From: a virus
Taxonomy: Duplodnaviria; Caudoviricetes
Reading direction: 5' to 3' (one strand)
Virus record (IMG/VR): IMGVR_UViG_3300029914_000023
Span: 908-64,907 of that record
DNA length: 64,000 bases
In this document: positions 1-10,657 of the stretch, one piece after another
Numbering within the stretch: position 1 is the stretch's first letter
Layout: each line of letters begins with the position of its first letter
Notes under the pieces: model-generated
Database searches by the model: none
What the model was told of the DNA's origin: nothing
The model's input: the letters and a program-made list of their open reading frames with translations, nothing else
Position numbers and translations under genes: made by a program

Positions 1-2
1 CC

Positions 3-626
3 ACATCCAACAAGATTCATTGGATTCTGTATCCGGTTCTCGCTGCGGTTGTTCTGCTCCTGGTGTGGCTGTGGCATGACACGCAAGTTCGTGACGCAGC
101 CCTCATTCAGACAGTAGCATCCGCGAAGGTTACCCAAGCGGCGGTAGATAAACAGGCCAACGCCACTATCACGCAAACTAATCAAGACCTTCAGAAACAG
201 AACGCAGGCCTGCAAGCCTCTTTGCAAAAGGCAAAGACTACTGCCCAGCAAGTCGCACTGATTAACCAACGGGTGGGGACGCACCTACAAGTGCAGCCGG
301 GGGCTCCAAACACAGACCACCAGGCTGACAACCCCTCCCAGTTAACGCAACCTGTAGTGACAGTAAGTCCCGAGGATGTGCAATCAATCGCCAAACAGAC
401 TATCGACTTTACGGAAGCCCAGAATCAAGTGGCTGCCGACAAGGTGGTTATCGCGGCGAAGGACCAGCAGATTGAAGCGCGGGATACCACTATCAAGGAT
501 CAAGGTCAAGAGATCACAGCCCTGAAGGGCGGGTCACACTGGAAGAGATTCTGGACCGCGACGAAACATGTCGCTATTGGAGTGGCTATCGGTGTCGCAG
601 TTGATGAAGCGGTGAAAAAGAAATGA
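3..626 (+). CDS. Spanin-like membrane-anchored coiled-coil protein (5' end outside window)
   Basis: Frame is open to the window start with a hydrophobic stretch (WILYPVLAAVVLLLVWLW) followed by a Q/A-rich coiled coil; lies next to a holin-like ORF. Confidence 0.5.
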   Translation, partial: TSNKIHWILYPVLAAVVLLLVWLWHDTQVRDAALIQTVASAKVTQAAVDKQANATITQTNQDLQKQNAGLQASLQKAKTTAQQVALINQRVGTHLQVQPGAPNTDHQADNPSQLTQPVVTVSPEDVQSIAKQTIDFTEAQNQVAADKVVIAAKDQQIEARDTTIKDQGQEITALKGGSHWKRFWTATKHVAIGVAIGVAVDEAVKKK

Positions 627-898
627 ACCTAAAAGACGCTCTCTTAAAGTGTCTTTCGAGCAGCGACGAGGTATCTTTCGGGCGCACAATGTCTGCTATT
701 GCATTCTTGTCGTGTATCCTGTGGGATACCTCTTTTGTTTTGTATGCTATGTTTAAGCTCGATCTGACACACATGGGCATTCACGACATCCTACCTACGT
801 CCGAGCAACTACAGGGCCAGGTTTGGTTCTGTGGTGCGTGTTACGGTATCAACAAGATTACCGAGATTTTCTCGGCGTTCTCAAATCGGCAGAGGTAA
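623..898 (+). CDS. Putative holin / small membrane protein
   Basis: 91 aa with two hydrophobic segments; ATGA overlap with the upstream gene. Confidence 0.5.
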   Translation: MNLKDALLKCLSSSDEVSFGRTMSAIAFLSCILWDTSFVLYAMFKLDLTHMGIHDILPTSEQLQGQVWFCGACYGINKITEIFSAFSNRQR

Positions 899-899
899 G

Positions 900-3800
900 A
901 TGTTCAAGCGATTTCTACAACTCGTCTTTCTATTTTCTATTTCCGCAAGTGCCCAGACTTATGTCTATCCCGCACTCTCTACGAATAATGTCTTTACGGG
1001 TAGTAATACGTTTCAAGCTCCTGTATATTTTCCAAACGTAACACCCAATCTTTGCCTTACAGTTGATCCTACAACTTTCCAGTTAAAGACAGTAACTTGT
1101 GGATTTCCCGGCTGGACCGTAACGGGGTCCGGGGCTTCACAGGTCGTTACTGCGCCGGGCACCGTCGTGGCTGGCAGTGAGACGCTTGGATCGCCATTGC
1201 TTCTGGCGTCGGGCGGCACGGGCGCAACCACGGCAGCGGGGGCGCTGACGAACCTGGGTGGCCTTCCCCTCACTGGCGGCACGCTGACCGGCCCACTAAA
1301 CGGCACCAGCGCATCGTTCCCTGGCACCGTCGCGGCAGCCGCTGTAGTAGCAGGCATTAACGGCGGAATCTCTACGCAACAGCAAGGTTCGACTCTCAAG
1401 CAGGATGCGCGGCGCTGTAATGACATTTCGGCGACGAACGGCAGCGCGGTGGTCACGTCGGCAACCTGTGCTCAGTTTACGGCGGCGGATGTGGGCAGGT
1501 ACATGCGCCTTGCGTATACGGCTGGCGGCGTCGCTTTCATTGGCCCAATTCTCTCAGTGCAATCTGCGACTCAAGCCACACTCGCCGCTAACTACACAGG
1601 CACAAATATCAGCGGAAATGGGCAAGCTATTATTTTAAGCGATGACGGAGCGGCGATGAATTCTTTGATCTCTTCGCAGATCACTGCGCTCTCATCCAAA
1701 GGCCCACTCTCCTTGGATAACCGGCCAATTGGTACGACCATTCCCATCGTAATTTCAGGCGGGCGCGGCACGCAGGTCGAGGGCTCTGGATTGGCATCTG
1801 GCATTGTGACAGGATTGGGCGCCGGCGCAGCGAACGGCACAACTATCATATGGATGGGACAATCAAGTCCAATCACGCTCGCCGAATCCGGCCATACGGC
1901 AACCGCGACGTGGACCTCTGGGTCAAATCCATGGTACGGAACTTCCTGCACCGGCTCTTTCAGTTTGTGCTTCTTCGATGTGGAAGGCACGACGCAGAGC
2001 GGGTACGAGGGAACGCACTTAATTCTTAATCCCAACACAATGACCACAACAAGCATCCAGTTTTATGTCTCTGCTACAGGACTGAGCGCTGATGCGGGTT
2101 ATACGCCTACACAGGACGTGATGAGGGTCGAGAGTTGTGAGGGCTGCTCTGTCAGCAATCTAAACATTCTTGGCAGCGATCAACCGAGCACAAAGCCTCG
2201 CGCCTGTATCGACATGCTCGACGTTAGCACCAACGGTCCCTATCCGAACTCTTTAAATAACGTCGAAAATGTGGCTTGCGGCGATCTTGGTGGCATCTTC
2301 GAGTTCAACCTGCCTCACGCGATTGCATCTACGGCGCAGTTCGGCATTCTGGCAGACCCGGCTGCACTCCAGGATGACAGGAACAATGTATCCAACTTCA
2401 ACGCTGGCGCAGTCGATGCCTGTTTCGCGTGGGAAGGTAACGCTCAGGCTCAGGACTGGACGATCAACAAAGAAAACACATGTGCATTCAGCGGCGCGGC
2501 GATGATTTCGGTTGGCGGCGGCAGCGGAAATCAGGTGGCGGGAACTCTGGAGACGCTGCAAAACGGAGTTAATTTTGTAATTGGAAATGGTGCTCACCTT
2601 GATGTAGCTCGTTACAACGACGAAACAGACGGCCCCGCGCGTGTAAACGCGCCACAGGTGGGCGGGCCTGGAGATGTGGCAGGAACCTCGATGCTTGCAG
2701 AAGCTATTAGTGGAGGGGGCGGCATTCCAGACGGAACGTTGACCATAGATCATGGATTTTACGATGCAAGTTCCGCTCTCAACTCTAATGGGGACATGAT
2801 GTGGCAGGACGGCGGGGGCGTTACTTTTAACTTTGGCGATGATTTTGTGTGGACTTTTTCGAACGCATCGCCACCGACAGTGGTTCCCATCATCGACCTG
2901 AGCGTGACCGGCGGCTCACATAAGCTGGCCTTCAATTGCGGACTTTGTTTCGGACTTGCGGCGGCAAACTTCAACGTCGCATCGAGTGGCACGGCACTTC
3001 AAACTACAACGCTTACAGGGAAGATTACAAACCCAAACGGCAACGGACTGCCTCTGCTGTGGCAGAACGTGCTGCAAGGCGGCGATTCTGCTGGAGTAGA
3101 TATGGGCAGATTCGACAGCCCTGGTGGGGTGCGTGCAATTGGCGGCCCCGTCCACTCCGGGCAGGTCACATCTCCGGCTAATGTATTCAATCTGACTTGC
3201 ACGACCAGCGGCTCGCACACTTACTACTACAAGCTCACGAGTCTTTCCGGTGCTGGCGAGTCAGTGCCAATCAGCGAGTACAGCGTAGCGTCTTGCGCCT
3301 CGGCTGGCTCAGGTAATGCGATCAATGGCAGCTTCTACGGCGTAACCGGGGCGCATCCGGGCTACAAGGTTTATCGCAGCACAGCGACGGGCGGTAGCGG
3401 CAGCGAGCATTACGCTTTCACAATCCCGGCCAACAACAACAACGTTAACATAACCATACCGGGCGGGGGCAACCCAAACTCATTCACGGACACGCTTGCC
3501 GATACGTCCCTTGGCACGGCGACGCCGCCTACAGCAAACGGCACTGGAGCTTTAGAGTCCTATATCCTTCGTCCGTTGCTTTCAACGGTTACTCAGAGCG
3601 CGGCTTGCCAGATCGCAGGGGACATATTCTTTGGGTTGGATGGTACGAATGGAGTATGCGGCAGTGGGTTGACGATTGGGCCGCTGAATGCAGGAACTGC
3701 CTCAAATGTCAGCGGCACTCCGTCTCTCCCAAATGGGACAACCGCGACCACACAGTCAAATGGGGATAGCACGACAAAGTTGGCGACCGATGCCTTTGTC

Positions 3801-4301
3801 GCTTCTGCCGTTGCTGGTTTGGTATCAAGCAGTGGTTGTGGCACAACTAATTCCAAATGCCTCTACGATGTCGGGATTCAAAGCCCAACGTCCATGACGG
3901 GAAGTTGGGCAACGCTTACAGGCGGCAGCTATACACTCCCAGCAAACACCCTTGCCGCTTCTGGATGTGTTGATTTTAGGTTTGCACTAAGTCACAGCAG
4001 CGGAGTGTCGAGCAGCACTATCAACCTCACAGCCGGATCAACGTCTATATCTTTTACGGGAGGCACAGGGTCTGGGATCCAGTCATTCACCGCTCATTAC
4101 TGCAATACAGGGTCAACAAGCGCGGGTGGACAATACGAGCAAACCGATTTCACTAGCGGCGGTCCATCGGGATCAGTAGGCACTCAGATAGCCACTGTAA
4201 GCCAAGCATCCACATCGTCTATTACATTCAACCTTCGTGTAAATGCTACTTCTGGAGATGCATGGACGCTCGACAACGAAGTTGTCAGTTTGCAGCAGTA
4301 G
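900..4301 (+). CDS. Tail fibre/spike-like protein with probable beta-helix and FN3-like region
   Basis: G/S/T-rich, ~1130 aa; fibre-type motifs (GGTGATTAAGALTNLG, LPLTGGTLTG, DSTTKLATDAFV). ATG at 900 preferred over 831. Confidence 0.7.
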   Translation: MFKRFLQLVFLFSISASAQTYVYPALSTNNVFTGSNTFQAPVYFPNVTPNLCLTVDPTTFQLKTVTCGFPGWTVTGSGASQVVTAPGTVVAGSETLGSPLLLASGGTGATTAAGALTNLGGLPLTGGTLTGPLNGTSASFPGTVAAAAVVAGINGGISTQQQGSTLKQDARRCNDISATNGSAVVTSATCAQFTAADVGRYMRLAYTAGGVAFIGPILSVQSATQATLAANYTGTNISGNGQAIILSDDGAAMNSLISSQITALSSKGPLSLDNRPIGTTIPIVISGGRGTQVEGSGLASGIVTGLGAGAANGTTIIWMGQSSPITLAESGHTATATWTSGSNPWYGTSCTGSFSLCFFDVEGTTQSGYEGTHLILNPNTMTTTSIQFYVSATGLSADAGYTPTQDVMRVESCEGCSVSNLNILGSDQPSTKPRACIDMLDVSTNGPYPNSLNNVENVACGDLGGIFEFNLPHAIASTAQFGILADPAALQDDRNNVSNFNAGAVDACFAWEGNAQAQDWTINKENTCAFSGAAMISVGGGSGNQVAGTLETLQNGVNFVIGNGAHLDVARYNDETDGPARVNAPQVGGPGDVAGTSMLAEAISGGGGIPDGTLTIDHGFYDASSALNSNGDMMWQDGGGVTFNFGDDFVWTFSNASPPTVVPIIDLSVTGGSHKLAFNCGLCFGLAAANFNVASSGTALQTTTLTGKITNPNGNGLPLLWQNVLQGGDSAGVDMGRFDSPGGVRAIGGPVHSGQVTSPANVFNLTCTTSGSHTYYYKLTSLSGAGESVPISEYSVASCASAGSGNAINGSFYGVTGAHPGYKVYRSTATGGSGSEHYAFTIPANNNNVNITIPGGGNPNSFTDTLADTSLGTATPPTANGTGALESYILRPLLSTVTQSAACQIAGDIFFGLDGTNGVCGSGLTIGPLNAGTASNVSGTPSLPNGTTATTQSNGDSTTKLATDAFVASAVAGLVSSSGCGTTNSKCLYDVGIQSPTSMTGSWATLTGGSYTLPANTLAASGCVDFRFALSHSSGVSSSTINLTAGSTSISFTGGTGSGIQSFTAHYCNTGSTSAGGQYEQTDFTSGGPSGSVGTQIATVSQASTSSITFNLRVNATSGDAWTLDNEVVSLQQ

Positions 4302-4352
4302 CATCGTCGCTGCATACAGCAAAGGGGTACTAAAACGATGATGAGAGCAACC

Positions 4353-4568
4353 TCAATCCGGCAGATACTTGGGAAGGTGGACGAAGAACTCTTGCTTGAG
4401 CCGTTCGGGGTCGCCGTGCAGGTATCTCATGGTCGTTCCAAGGTGCACATGCCCCATCTGCTGCTTGATTGCCAGGATGCCAGTTCCGCTGTGCATGAGA
4501 TTGGTGGCGAGGCTGTGACGGATCAGGTGAGGGTAGACACGCTTGCGGATGCCAGCACGCTCAACACT
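4353..4568 (-). pseudogene. C-terminal fragment of a XerC/D-type tyrosine recombinase
   Basis: VYPHLIRHSLATNL...MGH...TTMRYLH (box II and catalytic Tyr); no N-terminal or box I region upstream. Confidence 0.75.
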
Positions 4569-4747
4569 GGCACCGCGACGACCTACATTGTGGTCACCTT
4601 GCAAAACTCTGTGAGCGCGGATAGCTGCTATGTGAGCAGCGGTAGTGTTGCTGTGGCCGAAGGGGTAGTAACGCCGCATACACGACGGTACCTGAGCAGG
4701 ACCGGCATCTACGATAGAGGTATAGGCCAAAGGAGGGCCTGAGCAAC

Positions 4748-4924
4748 ATGGCAAACAATCTCCCGGCATCCATATTGCCCTACTTGATATTGGGCAGCAC
4801 AACTCCGAACGTAGTCAACGGTACGAACGGAAACTTTTCAGGTACCGTCGCGGTTACGGCTGGAGCAGGAACAATGCACGTTCACGTTGAATGCGTTTGG
4901 GATAACAGTACCTATCATTGGTAA
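4748..4924 (+). CDS. Small 58-aa ORF resembling a fibre C-terminal segment
   Basis: ATG preceded by AAGGAGG; MANNLPASILPYL...ECVWDNSTYHW. Confidence 0.35.
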   Translation: MANNLPASILPYLILGSTTPNVVNGTNGNFSGTVAVTAGAGTMHVHVECVWDNSTYHW

Positions 4925-4986
4925 ACGATGTAGGCAATACGCACTGAGTAACCGCCCGTCGTGGGCAGAGACAAGGACTGAATTGT

Positions 4987-6477
4987 ATGTCTGAAATTCA
5001 AGCACAGGATGTTGTTAATGCGGTGATTCAGGATTCGCAGAATCAAACCACAAACCGTACAGCTCTGTACGATTATGTGGACCGAATCCACCAGCGGATT
5101 CTTCGGGAATCGCAGTGGCGCTTCTTGTTGTCCGATCCGCAGACATTCGTCACAATGCCGGGGGTTAGCTCCTATACGCTAGTCTCCGGTACTCCCCCCA
5201 TCGGGTCATTCCAAACCCCCCTTGGCCTAACAGATTTCAATAACATCGCACCGGGTAGTGTTTTCGATTTGTCTACATGGACCAAGATTGAGGAAGACTC
5301 AGATAGCAATACGAGCCTAAACTACATAGTTAATCGGGATGGCTCACTTCGATCCGGGCAACCAAGAACGTACAGCAACTCGCTACTTAGTCCCGGAACC
5401 ATCGCATTAAAACCGGTACCCGACAGCCAGAATTTGTATTATCCCGTGCCAGAAACTCCCGTGGTAACTTACGCCCCCCTAAGTGGGTGCCTGTTACCTA
5501 CCCGAGTGTATTACGGAGTTGTAACTTTTGTAGATAGTTTGGGGGGTGAAAGTACCCAGAGCAACATTCCCTTCGTAATCACTGTTCCAGCGGGCTGCGT
5601 TCTCACCGTGGAATCTCCTAACTCTACGCTCGGGGGCATCTCGGGAGACCAAGCAGTCTACGGATTCTGGAATCTCTATGTTGGATACAGCCGGGGGGTC
5701 TGGTACCGCCAGAACTCTGCTCCGATTCCCGTCGGAACTTCTTGGGTAGAGACTACCTACGGGATTAATTCGGGAGCGCTACAAGTTCCAAGCGCTGTTT
5801 ATCTGCCCCCAGCTGGAAATGCAGTATTAGCCATTACCAACTCTGGCTTCTTAACTACTACAACCTATAGTGCTTCTCAAGCTCTCCCTACTTTCTGGGG
5901 ACTACAGGATAATCTAGGGGGCGTCTGGCAGGTTACCACAAACGGAGCAGGTCAACTAGAGGCGATAAGCCTTCTGGGTTATACCGGAGCCATTAATATT
6001 TTACCCTACGTGCTTCTAACCGACCTCTCCGGAATTTCTACTTGGAAAATCACAGTAACCCCCGCTGGATTTTTACAAGCGGTCTTGTATTCAACTCCAC
6101 CTGCTACAGCCGCTATTAACAGTCAACCCCCTCAAACCTCAACGATTCAACCGCTGAATGCTTACGTCATCCAGTTCCGCTACTACAGGATGCGCAACCC
6201 AATCGTCAACCCAACCGACGTACTTCAAATCCCCTACATGTACAAGGACATCGTAATCGCTGGCGTGAACTACCTAGCCAACCTTTACATGAACCGCAAT
6301 GACGGGGTTCAGCCATCGGCCAAGTCGAACATCTGGAAGCGCGACTTCGAGCAAGGACTGGCTCAGATTCGTAGGGACCTACGCATCAACTACCGCAAGA
6401 CAGACTTCATCAGTCCCGACCCTGCTTCGCAGTACGTCGTGGGCAATCAACAAGGCATTCCAACTATGGGGTGGTGA
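4987..6477 (+). CDS. Head-tail adaptor-like virion protein with large insertion
   Basis: N- and C-termini resemble 6566-7213 (QDVVNA...VDRI; IAGVN); position before nozzle gene. Confidence 0.55.
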   Translation: MSEIQAQDVVNAVIQDSQNQTTNRTALYDYVDRIHQRILRESQWRFLLSDPQTFVTMPGVSSYTLVSGTPPIGSFQTPLGLTDFNNIAPGSVFDLSTWTKIEEDSDSNTSLNYIVNRDGSLRSGQPRTYSNSLLSPGTIALKPVPDSQNLYYPVPETPVVTYAPLSGCLLPTRVYYGVVTFVDSLGGESTQSNIPFVITVPAGCVLTVESPNSTLGGISGDQAVYGFWNLYVGYSRGVWYRQNSAPIPVGTSWVETTYGINSGALQVPSAVYLPPAGNAVLAITNSGFLTTTTYSASQALPTFWGLQDNLGGVWQVTTNGAGQLEAISLLGYTGAINILPYVLLTDLSGISTWKITVTPAGFLQAVLYSTPPATAAINSQPPQTSTIQPLNAYVIQFRYYRMRNPIVNPTDVLQIPYMYKDIVIAGVNYLANLYMNRNDGVQPSAKSNIWKRDFEQGLAQIRRDLRINYRKTDFISPDPASQYVVGNQQGIPTMGW

Positions 6478-6565
6478 CAAGTTACTGATTCTATGAACTT
6501 TGTAGCTATACCCATTTTGAGGGATTAACCCCGCCAGGCTACTAACCCCTCCCACGGATTATCGA

Positions 6566-7213
6566 ATGGTCGTTCAAGACATCATCAACGCATCTTCTAC
6601 GGACTTCCGCAGTGTCCTAGCGAGTTCGTCTCCGGACTCTGCCCTGTTCGTTTCGTGGGTAGACCGAATCCAGAAGGATGCTCTACATACCGGTATCTAC
6701 AACCCGCTGCTATTCGTGACCTCCACGATCAACGTTACCAGTGGTACATCACTGTACAGTATCTCGGTGACGGGCGGCGCAATTCGGCGCATCCAATTGG
6801 TCTATGATCGCACCTTCGACCGCATCCTAATGCCAATCGAGTCGATCATCTACCCGACTTCTCAGGGTGATGGAGAATCTCCGAGACAGCCTCTTCAAAC
6901 GCCAAAGCCAATGCTAACCGCAACTACGATGGAGCAGTGGCCGGAGTATTACAAGCGTGAGGGGACTTCCAATATCATCCTCTTCCCGGCTCCCCAGAAG
7001 GCGAACTTCAACGGGACTTACGAGATTCATTACGAGATGCAGGTGCCCGATCTCACGGCTACCACATCTACACTCATGCTGCCTGACGATGCGATGGATA
7101 TGATGGTCGCTGGCGTCAATATGTACGTGGCCCAGTTCCTGCACTTGGACACTGAAGCCCAGTTCTGGCAGCAGCACTACGAGATGCTCAAGAGAGGGGC
7201 AGCTAATCAGTAA
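6566..7213 (+). CDS. Head-tail adaptor-like protein
   Basis: 215 aa; adaptor-like pattern (P.YY...I.LFPAP...Y.I.Y); position. Confidence 0.55.
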   Translation: MVVQDIINASSTDFRSVLASSSPDSALFVSWVDRIQKDALHTGIYNPLLFVTSTINVTSGTSLYSISVTGGAIRRIQLVYDRTFDRILMPIESIIYPTSQGDGESPRQPLQTPKPMLTATTMEQWPEYYKREGTSNIILFPAPQKANFNGTYEIHYEMQVPDLTATTSTLMLPDDAMDMMVAGVNMYVAQFLHLDTEAQFWQQHYEMLKRGAANQ

Positions 7214-9897
7214 TGCCATATACTACTCAAACATCGGACTTCTGGGGCTGGTATTTACGGCATAACAATAGAGTCATCTGGAAGCACCTGTTTGATGCAG
7301 GATTGGACCTCTTCGCTTCCGGTCCCAACAACAATTCGCAAGCCTTCCTTCAGCTAGACAATGTTCTTCCTGCAATGGATGGGGGCTTCAATGCGCGTTG
7401 GGGCTGGAACAGCGTGTTTCAGGGTGGTTCTCCTTACGGTATAAATCAGATTATCCCGACTCGTGTGTTCACGTATCAGCAACCCCAATTGGCTAATGAT
7501 CCCACGAACACAGCAACCACTAACCTCTGGCTAACGACCGACGATGCAACCATCCAGGGGTGGACAGATAACGGAACAGTTCCTACGAATTACCTCCCGA
7601 GCAGCTTCTCCAGCACGCCCGGTGCCTCTGTTCAGGCAGTCACAAGTCGGGGCTGGTTCTACTACAGCAACAACAAGACCAAAGAGCGCAAGATCAACCC
7701 AAGTTATATCACAAAGAACACTGACAGTTTGATAGGGATTGATCTGCCTCGTAGTCTCGGTGGAACCTATGCTTTAAATTACGAGACGACTGATACTTTT
7801 TTAGATTATCCATCAGTTTGGTTAAATACATCCAATTATATTGGGCGAACCACCTACTCGGAGTCCTCGGGTTACGGATATACTACCCCCCCTTCGTGTA
7901 CTATTCTTGATCCATCAGGAACAGGTTCTGGCGCTAATATAACTCTGGGTTTGGGAGCTAACGGAGAAGTTGCCTCCTATGCTATTATATCTGGGGGTGC
8001 CAACTATACATCGGCTACGGCTACTATAACAGCGCCCCCCACCGGGGGTGTGCAAGCGAGCTTGGTTTTGTATGTCCAGACGAACTCCGCAGCCCCTCGG
8101 TATGGACAAGTAGTCGGTGCTGATTTTGCTGGACCTATGTCCTTCGTAGTAGGTCGTCAGTATGCAGTCGCCCTACAGAATAGCTTGACTGGGCATACTT
8201 CTGATGTATATACAACAAACCTTCCTATTTCACCAAAATCTAGTATCTTTCTCGATGGATTAACTAGCAGTTATACAACAGAGCAGTTGATATCGGGAAC
8301 GGACGTTCCTGTGTATTTAGCTTCTCCGAATATAACGGCAGGATACACCCAGATCGAAACCATTATATCGATACCAGCTTCCGGGATTGATCCTCAAGTA
8401 GATACTGTTGTTCTCCTAGCGACTTCAGATGGTGGCGGAGTTGGAACTTTATATCAAGTAGCAACATTTCCATTAACGGCTTTTACGCTAGCGAGTGGCT
8501 ATTACCAGATGTACTATTTGGATACGCTACCTGACAGCTACAACGACACCAACACAACCGGAAATACTCTGCTTGAAGCTGATCTCTGGGCCTATACAGA
8601 CACAGACGGAACATCTTATGGTATCATCGAGAACACTCCGCCGACTACGGGTGGATTCTTGTACCCCACGTTGCATCAAGGGCGCATGTTCGCAACTGAC
8701 GGCAGGACGGTCTTTTACTCTAAGAGCCTCGACGAGGTTACGACCTCCACCGGCTTGATTACCTCGAAGTGGGAAGAGTGCTGGCCCGGCGACTACCAGT
8801 TGGCTATCGCGTTGAACAACGAGACCATCCTGGGTCTCAAGTCCGACGGGACCAACCTGCACATCGGGACTGACAAGAGCATCTACACTCTCTACGGGGA
8901 CGGACCAACGAACTTCTCCGTACCGGCAGTGGCCTTCGCTCAGACCGGTATCCTCTCAAACGATTGCTGGAGCGCAGTCTACGCCGAGGGCCAACCTTCC
9001 GGGTTCGTGTGGATAACACAAGACCTGAAGGTGATGTTCTCCGACTTCTCTACTTACAGGGACATCGGGACTCAAATCTACCCGGCCTTGAAGAACGTCG
9101 ATCTCAACAAGCTCGCCAGCATGAAGTTCACATCGCTGACGAAGGGGCCATACAATCTGGCCTTCCTGCAACTCTGGTCAAAGACTGATGGCTACGTCGC
9201 AACTGACACATATCCCATCAATTCCTACCCCGAGTTCTACGTCTGGGAGTCCCGGTTAAACAAGTGGTTCCGTTGGAAGATCGCTAGTGGCCGGGGCTGG
9301 GAGACCGGTGGTCCGACTGGTACGGCTCAACCCCTACAAGGAATTGGCGCTGCCTTCGTCTATCAATACCCTGGCGCGACATCCGCAGTCGATCAATTTG
9401 GCACAGCAATCGCCCCCGGAGCAGCCTATCTCTTCATGCTGACTTGCAACAAGGGACTTGGCACACCGTACTATACGTGGATCGACTTCCTCGATCCTAG
9501 TATACCGAACGATGGACCTCAGGGTGGATGGATTCCCTGGAGCGTTCAAACTTCATGGCAGGACATGGGTGACCCGCAAGCAATCAAGATCGTTAACGAA
9601 GTAGAGTTCACGAGCGCGATCAACTACCCCGGTGCCACCAACGTCACAGTCTCGCTGTACGGCGCGTCGAGTGAGATTGACTTTGCCCAGTTCGCAGCCG
9701 GAACACTGGCTCCGCTCAAGACGGGACTTGGCGTCATCGGCCCAATTGCTTCACTTCGCTCGAACAAGTTGTATTGTGCGGGCGTCCCAACGGCAGCGAA
9801 GTATTACTCCGTTGCTTTCTCGGGTAACACTCAATACGGGAACAATCACGTACTGTCGAGCTTCTCGGTTGAGACATATCCAATGGCGAGAATCTAA
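7213..9897 (+). CDS. Tail nozzle / tubular protein B-like (P22 gp10-like)
   Basis: 894 aa, beta-rich; HQGRMFA...VFYS propeller-like motif; follows adaptor and precedes ejection genes. Confidence 0.55.
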   Translation: MPYTTQTSDFWGWYLRHNNRVIWKHLFDAGLDLFASGPNNNSQAFLQLDNVLPAMDGGFNARWGWNSVFQGGSPYGINQIIPTRVFTYQQPQLANDPTNTATTNLWLTTDDATIQGWTDNGTVPTNYLPSSFSSTPGASVQAVTSRGWFYYSNNKTKERKINPSYITKNTDSLIGIDLPRSLGGTYALNYETTDTFLDYPSVWLNTSNYIGRTTYSESSGYGYTTPPSCTILDPSGTGSGANITLGLGANGEVASYAIISGGANYTSATATITAPPTGGVQASLVLYVQTNSAAPRYGQVVGADFAGPMSFVVGRQYAVALQNSLTGHTSDVYTTNLPISPKSSIFLDGLTSSYTTEQLISGTDVPVYLASPNITAGYTQIETIISIPASGIDPQVDTVVLLATSDGGGVGTLYQVATFPLTAFTLASGYYQMYYLDTLPDSYNDTNTTGNTLLEADLWAYTDTDGTSYGIIENTPPTTGGFLYPTLHQGRMFATDGRTVFYSKSLDEVTTSTGLITSKWEECWPGDYQLAIALNNETILGLKSDGTNLHIGTDKSIYTLYGDGPTNFSVPAVAFAQTGILSNDCWSAVYAEGQPSGFVWITQDLKVMFSDFSTYRDIGTQIYPALKNVDLNKLASMKFTSLTKGPYNLAFLQLWSKTDGYVATDTYPINSYPEFYVWESRLNKWFRWKIASGRGWETGGPTGTAQPLQGIGAAFVYQYPGATSAVDQFGTAIAPGAAYLFMLTCNKGLGTPYYTWIDFLDPSIPNDGPQGGWIPWSVQTSWQDMGDPQAIKIVNEVEFTSAINYPGATNVTVSLYGASSEIDFAQFAAGTLAPLKTGLGVIGPIASLRSNKLYCAGVPTAAKYYSVAFSGNTQYGNNHVLSSFSVETYPMARI

Positions 9898-10067
9898 TGC
9901 TTAAACTACGCTTGCCGGGTGGACACCCGGATTCTCCAGTCATTCACAGGTGGGCCGCTGATAAAGAGGCCCTCCTCGACAATCACGGTAAGGACATCAC
10001 CCGCATTCAGGGTATCCTGAAAACCATCCTGACGAACAACCCAGAGCTAGGAAAGCCAAAGAACTAA
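9897..10067 (+). CDS. Hypothetical protein (56 aa)
   Basis: TAATG coupling at both ends. Confidence 0.5.
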   Translation: MLKLRLPGGHPDSPVIHRWAADKEALLDNHGKDITRIQGILKTILTNNPELGKPKN

Positions 10068-10294
10068 TGGACAACTGGATCAAGATGGCCTCCGCAATCT
10101 ACTACACTGGTGTGGGGGCGGTGCTGCTAGGCACGACCATCCGATTCCTATATCGCCTAGTTAAGGGGTACGATCAGGATCGGGAATTCCTGGATGAACT
10201 CAAAGAGGTTCATCTCACAAACATTTACACGGCTCTGCAACAGATTGCTGAGAAGCTGAACATCAGCCTGGACCTGAAAACACCAGGCTTATAA
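10067..10294 (+). CDS. Small membrane protein
   Basis: N-terminal hydrophobic helix; coupled start. Confidence 0.55.
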   Translation: MDNWIKMASAIYYTGVGAVLLGTTIRFLYRLVKGYDQDREFLDELKEVHLTNIYTALQQIAEKLNISLDLKTPGL

Positions 10295-10312
10295 CCCCTC
10301 CCAGAGGACTGC

Positions 10313-10657
10313 TTGTATATGGATACGATTCGTTTGGCTACGCAACAAGAAGTAGAAGAAAAACAGCATCTAATGGATGTGACCCCCGCTAGTACCGTGA
10401 TTACTATGGGCGGAAAGGATTTTGCCGTCCTTCGTAACTGCTTCGAGTTGGACCCCGTAATTTTCGATGAGAACACTGGAGATAAGAGGAAGCTGTTCTT
10501 TCTAACCAATCTGGAAACTGCAATGCGGTTGCAGGGAGTCAGAGAAATCTACTTCAATATCAAAGCCGATGACGAGGCGTGGATGAACATCGCTAAGCAT
10601 TGGGGAGCCGAACCGACCAGTCCGCAACCGGAGATTCGCTTTAAGAAGGTTCTATAA
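10313..10657 (+). CDS. Hypothetical protein, possibly GNAT-like (T7 gp13 position)
   Basis: Position before ejection genes; C-terminal pattern like GNAT-fold virion assembly proteins. Confidence 0.4.
   Translation: MYMDTIRLATQQEVEEKQHLMDVTPASTVITMGGKDFAVLRNCFELDPVIFDENTGDKRKLFFLTNLETAMRLQGVREIYFNIKADDEAWMNIAKHWGAEPTSPQPEIRFKKVL

Noticed and set aside
900-4986. Diversity-generating retroelement at the tail fibre
   Set aside because: No reverse transcriptase and no TR/VR pair seen in the window
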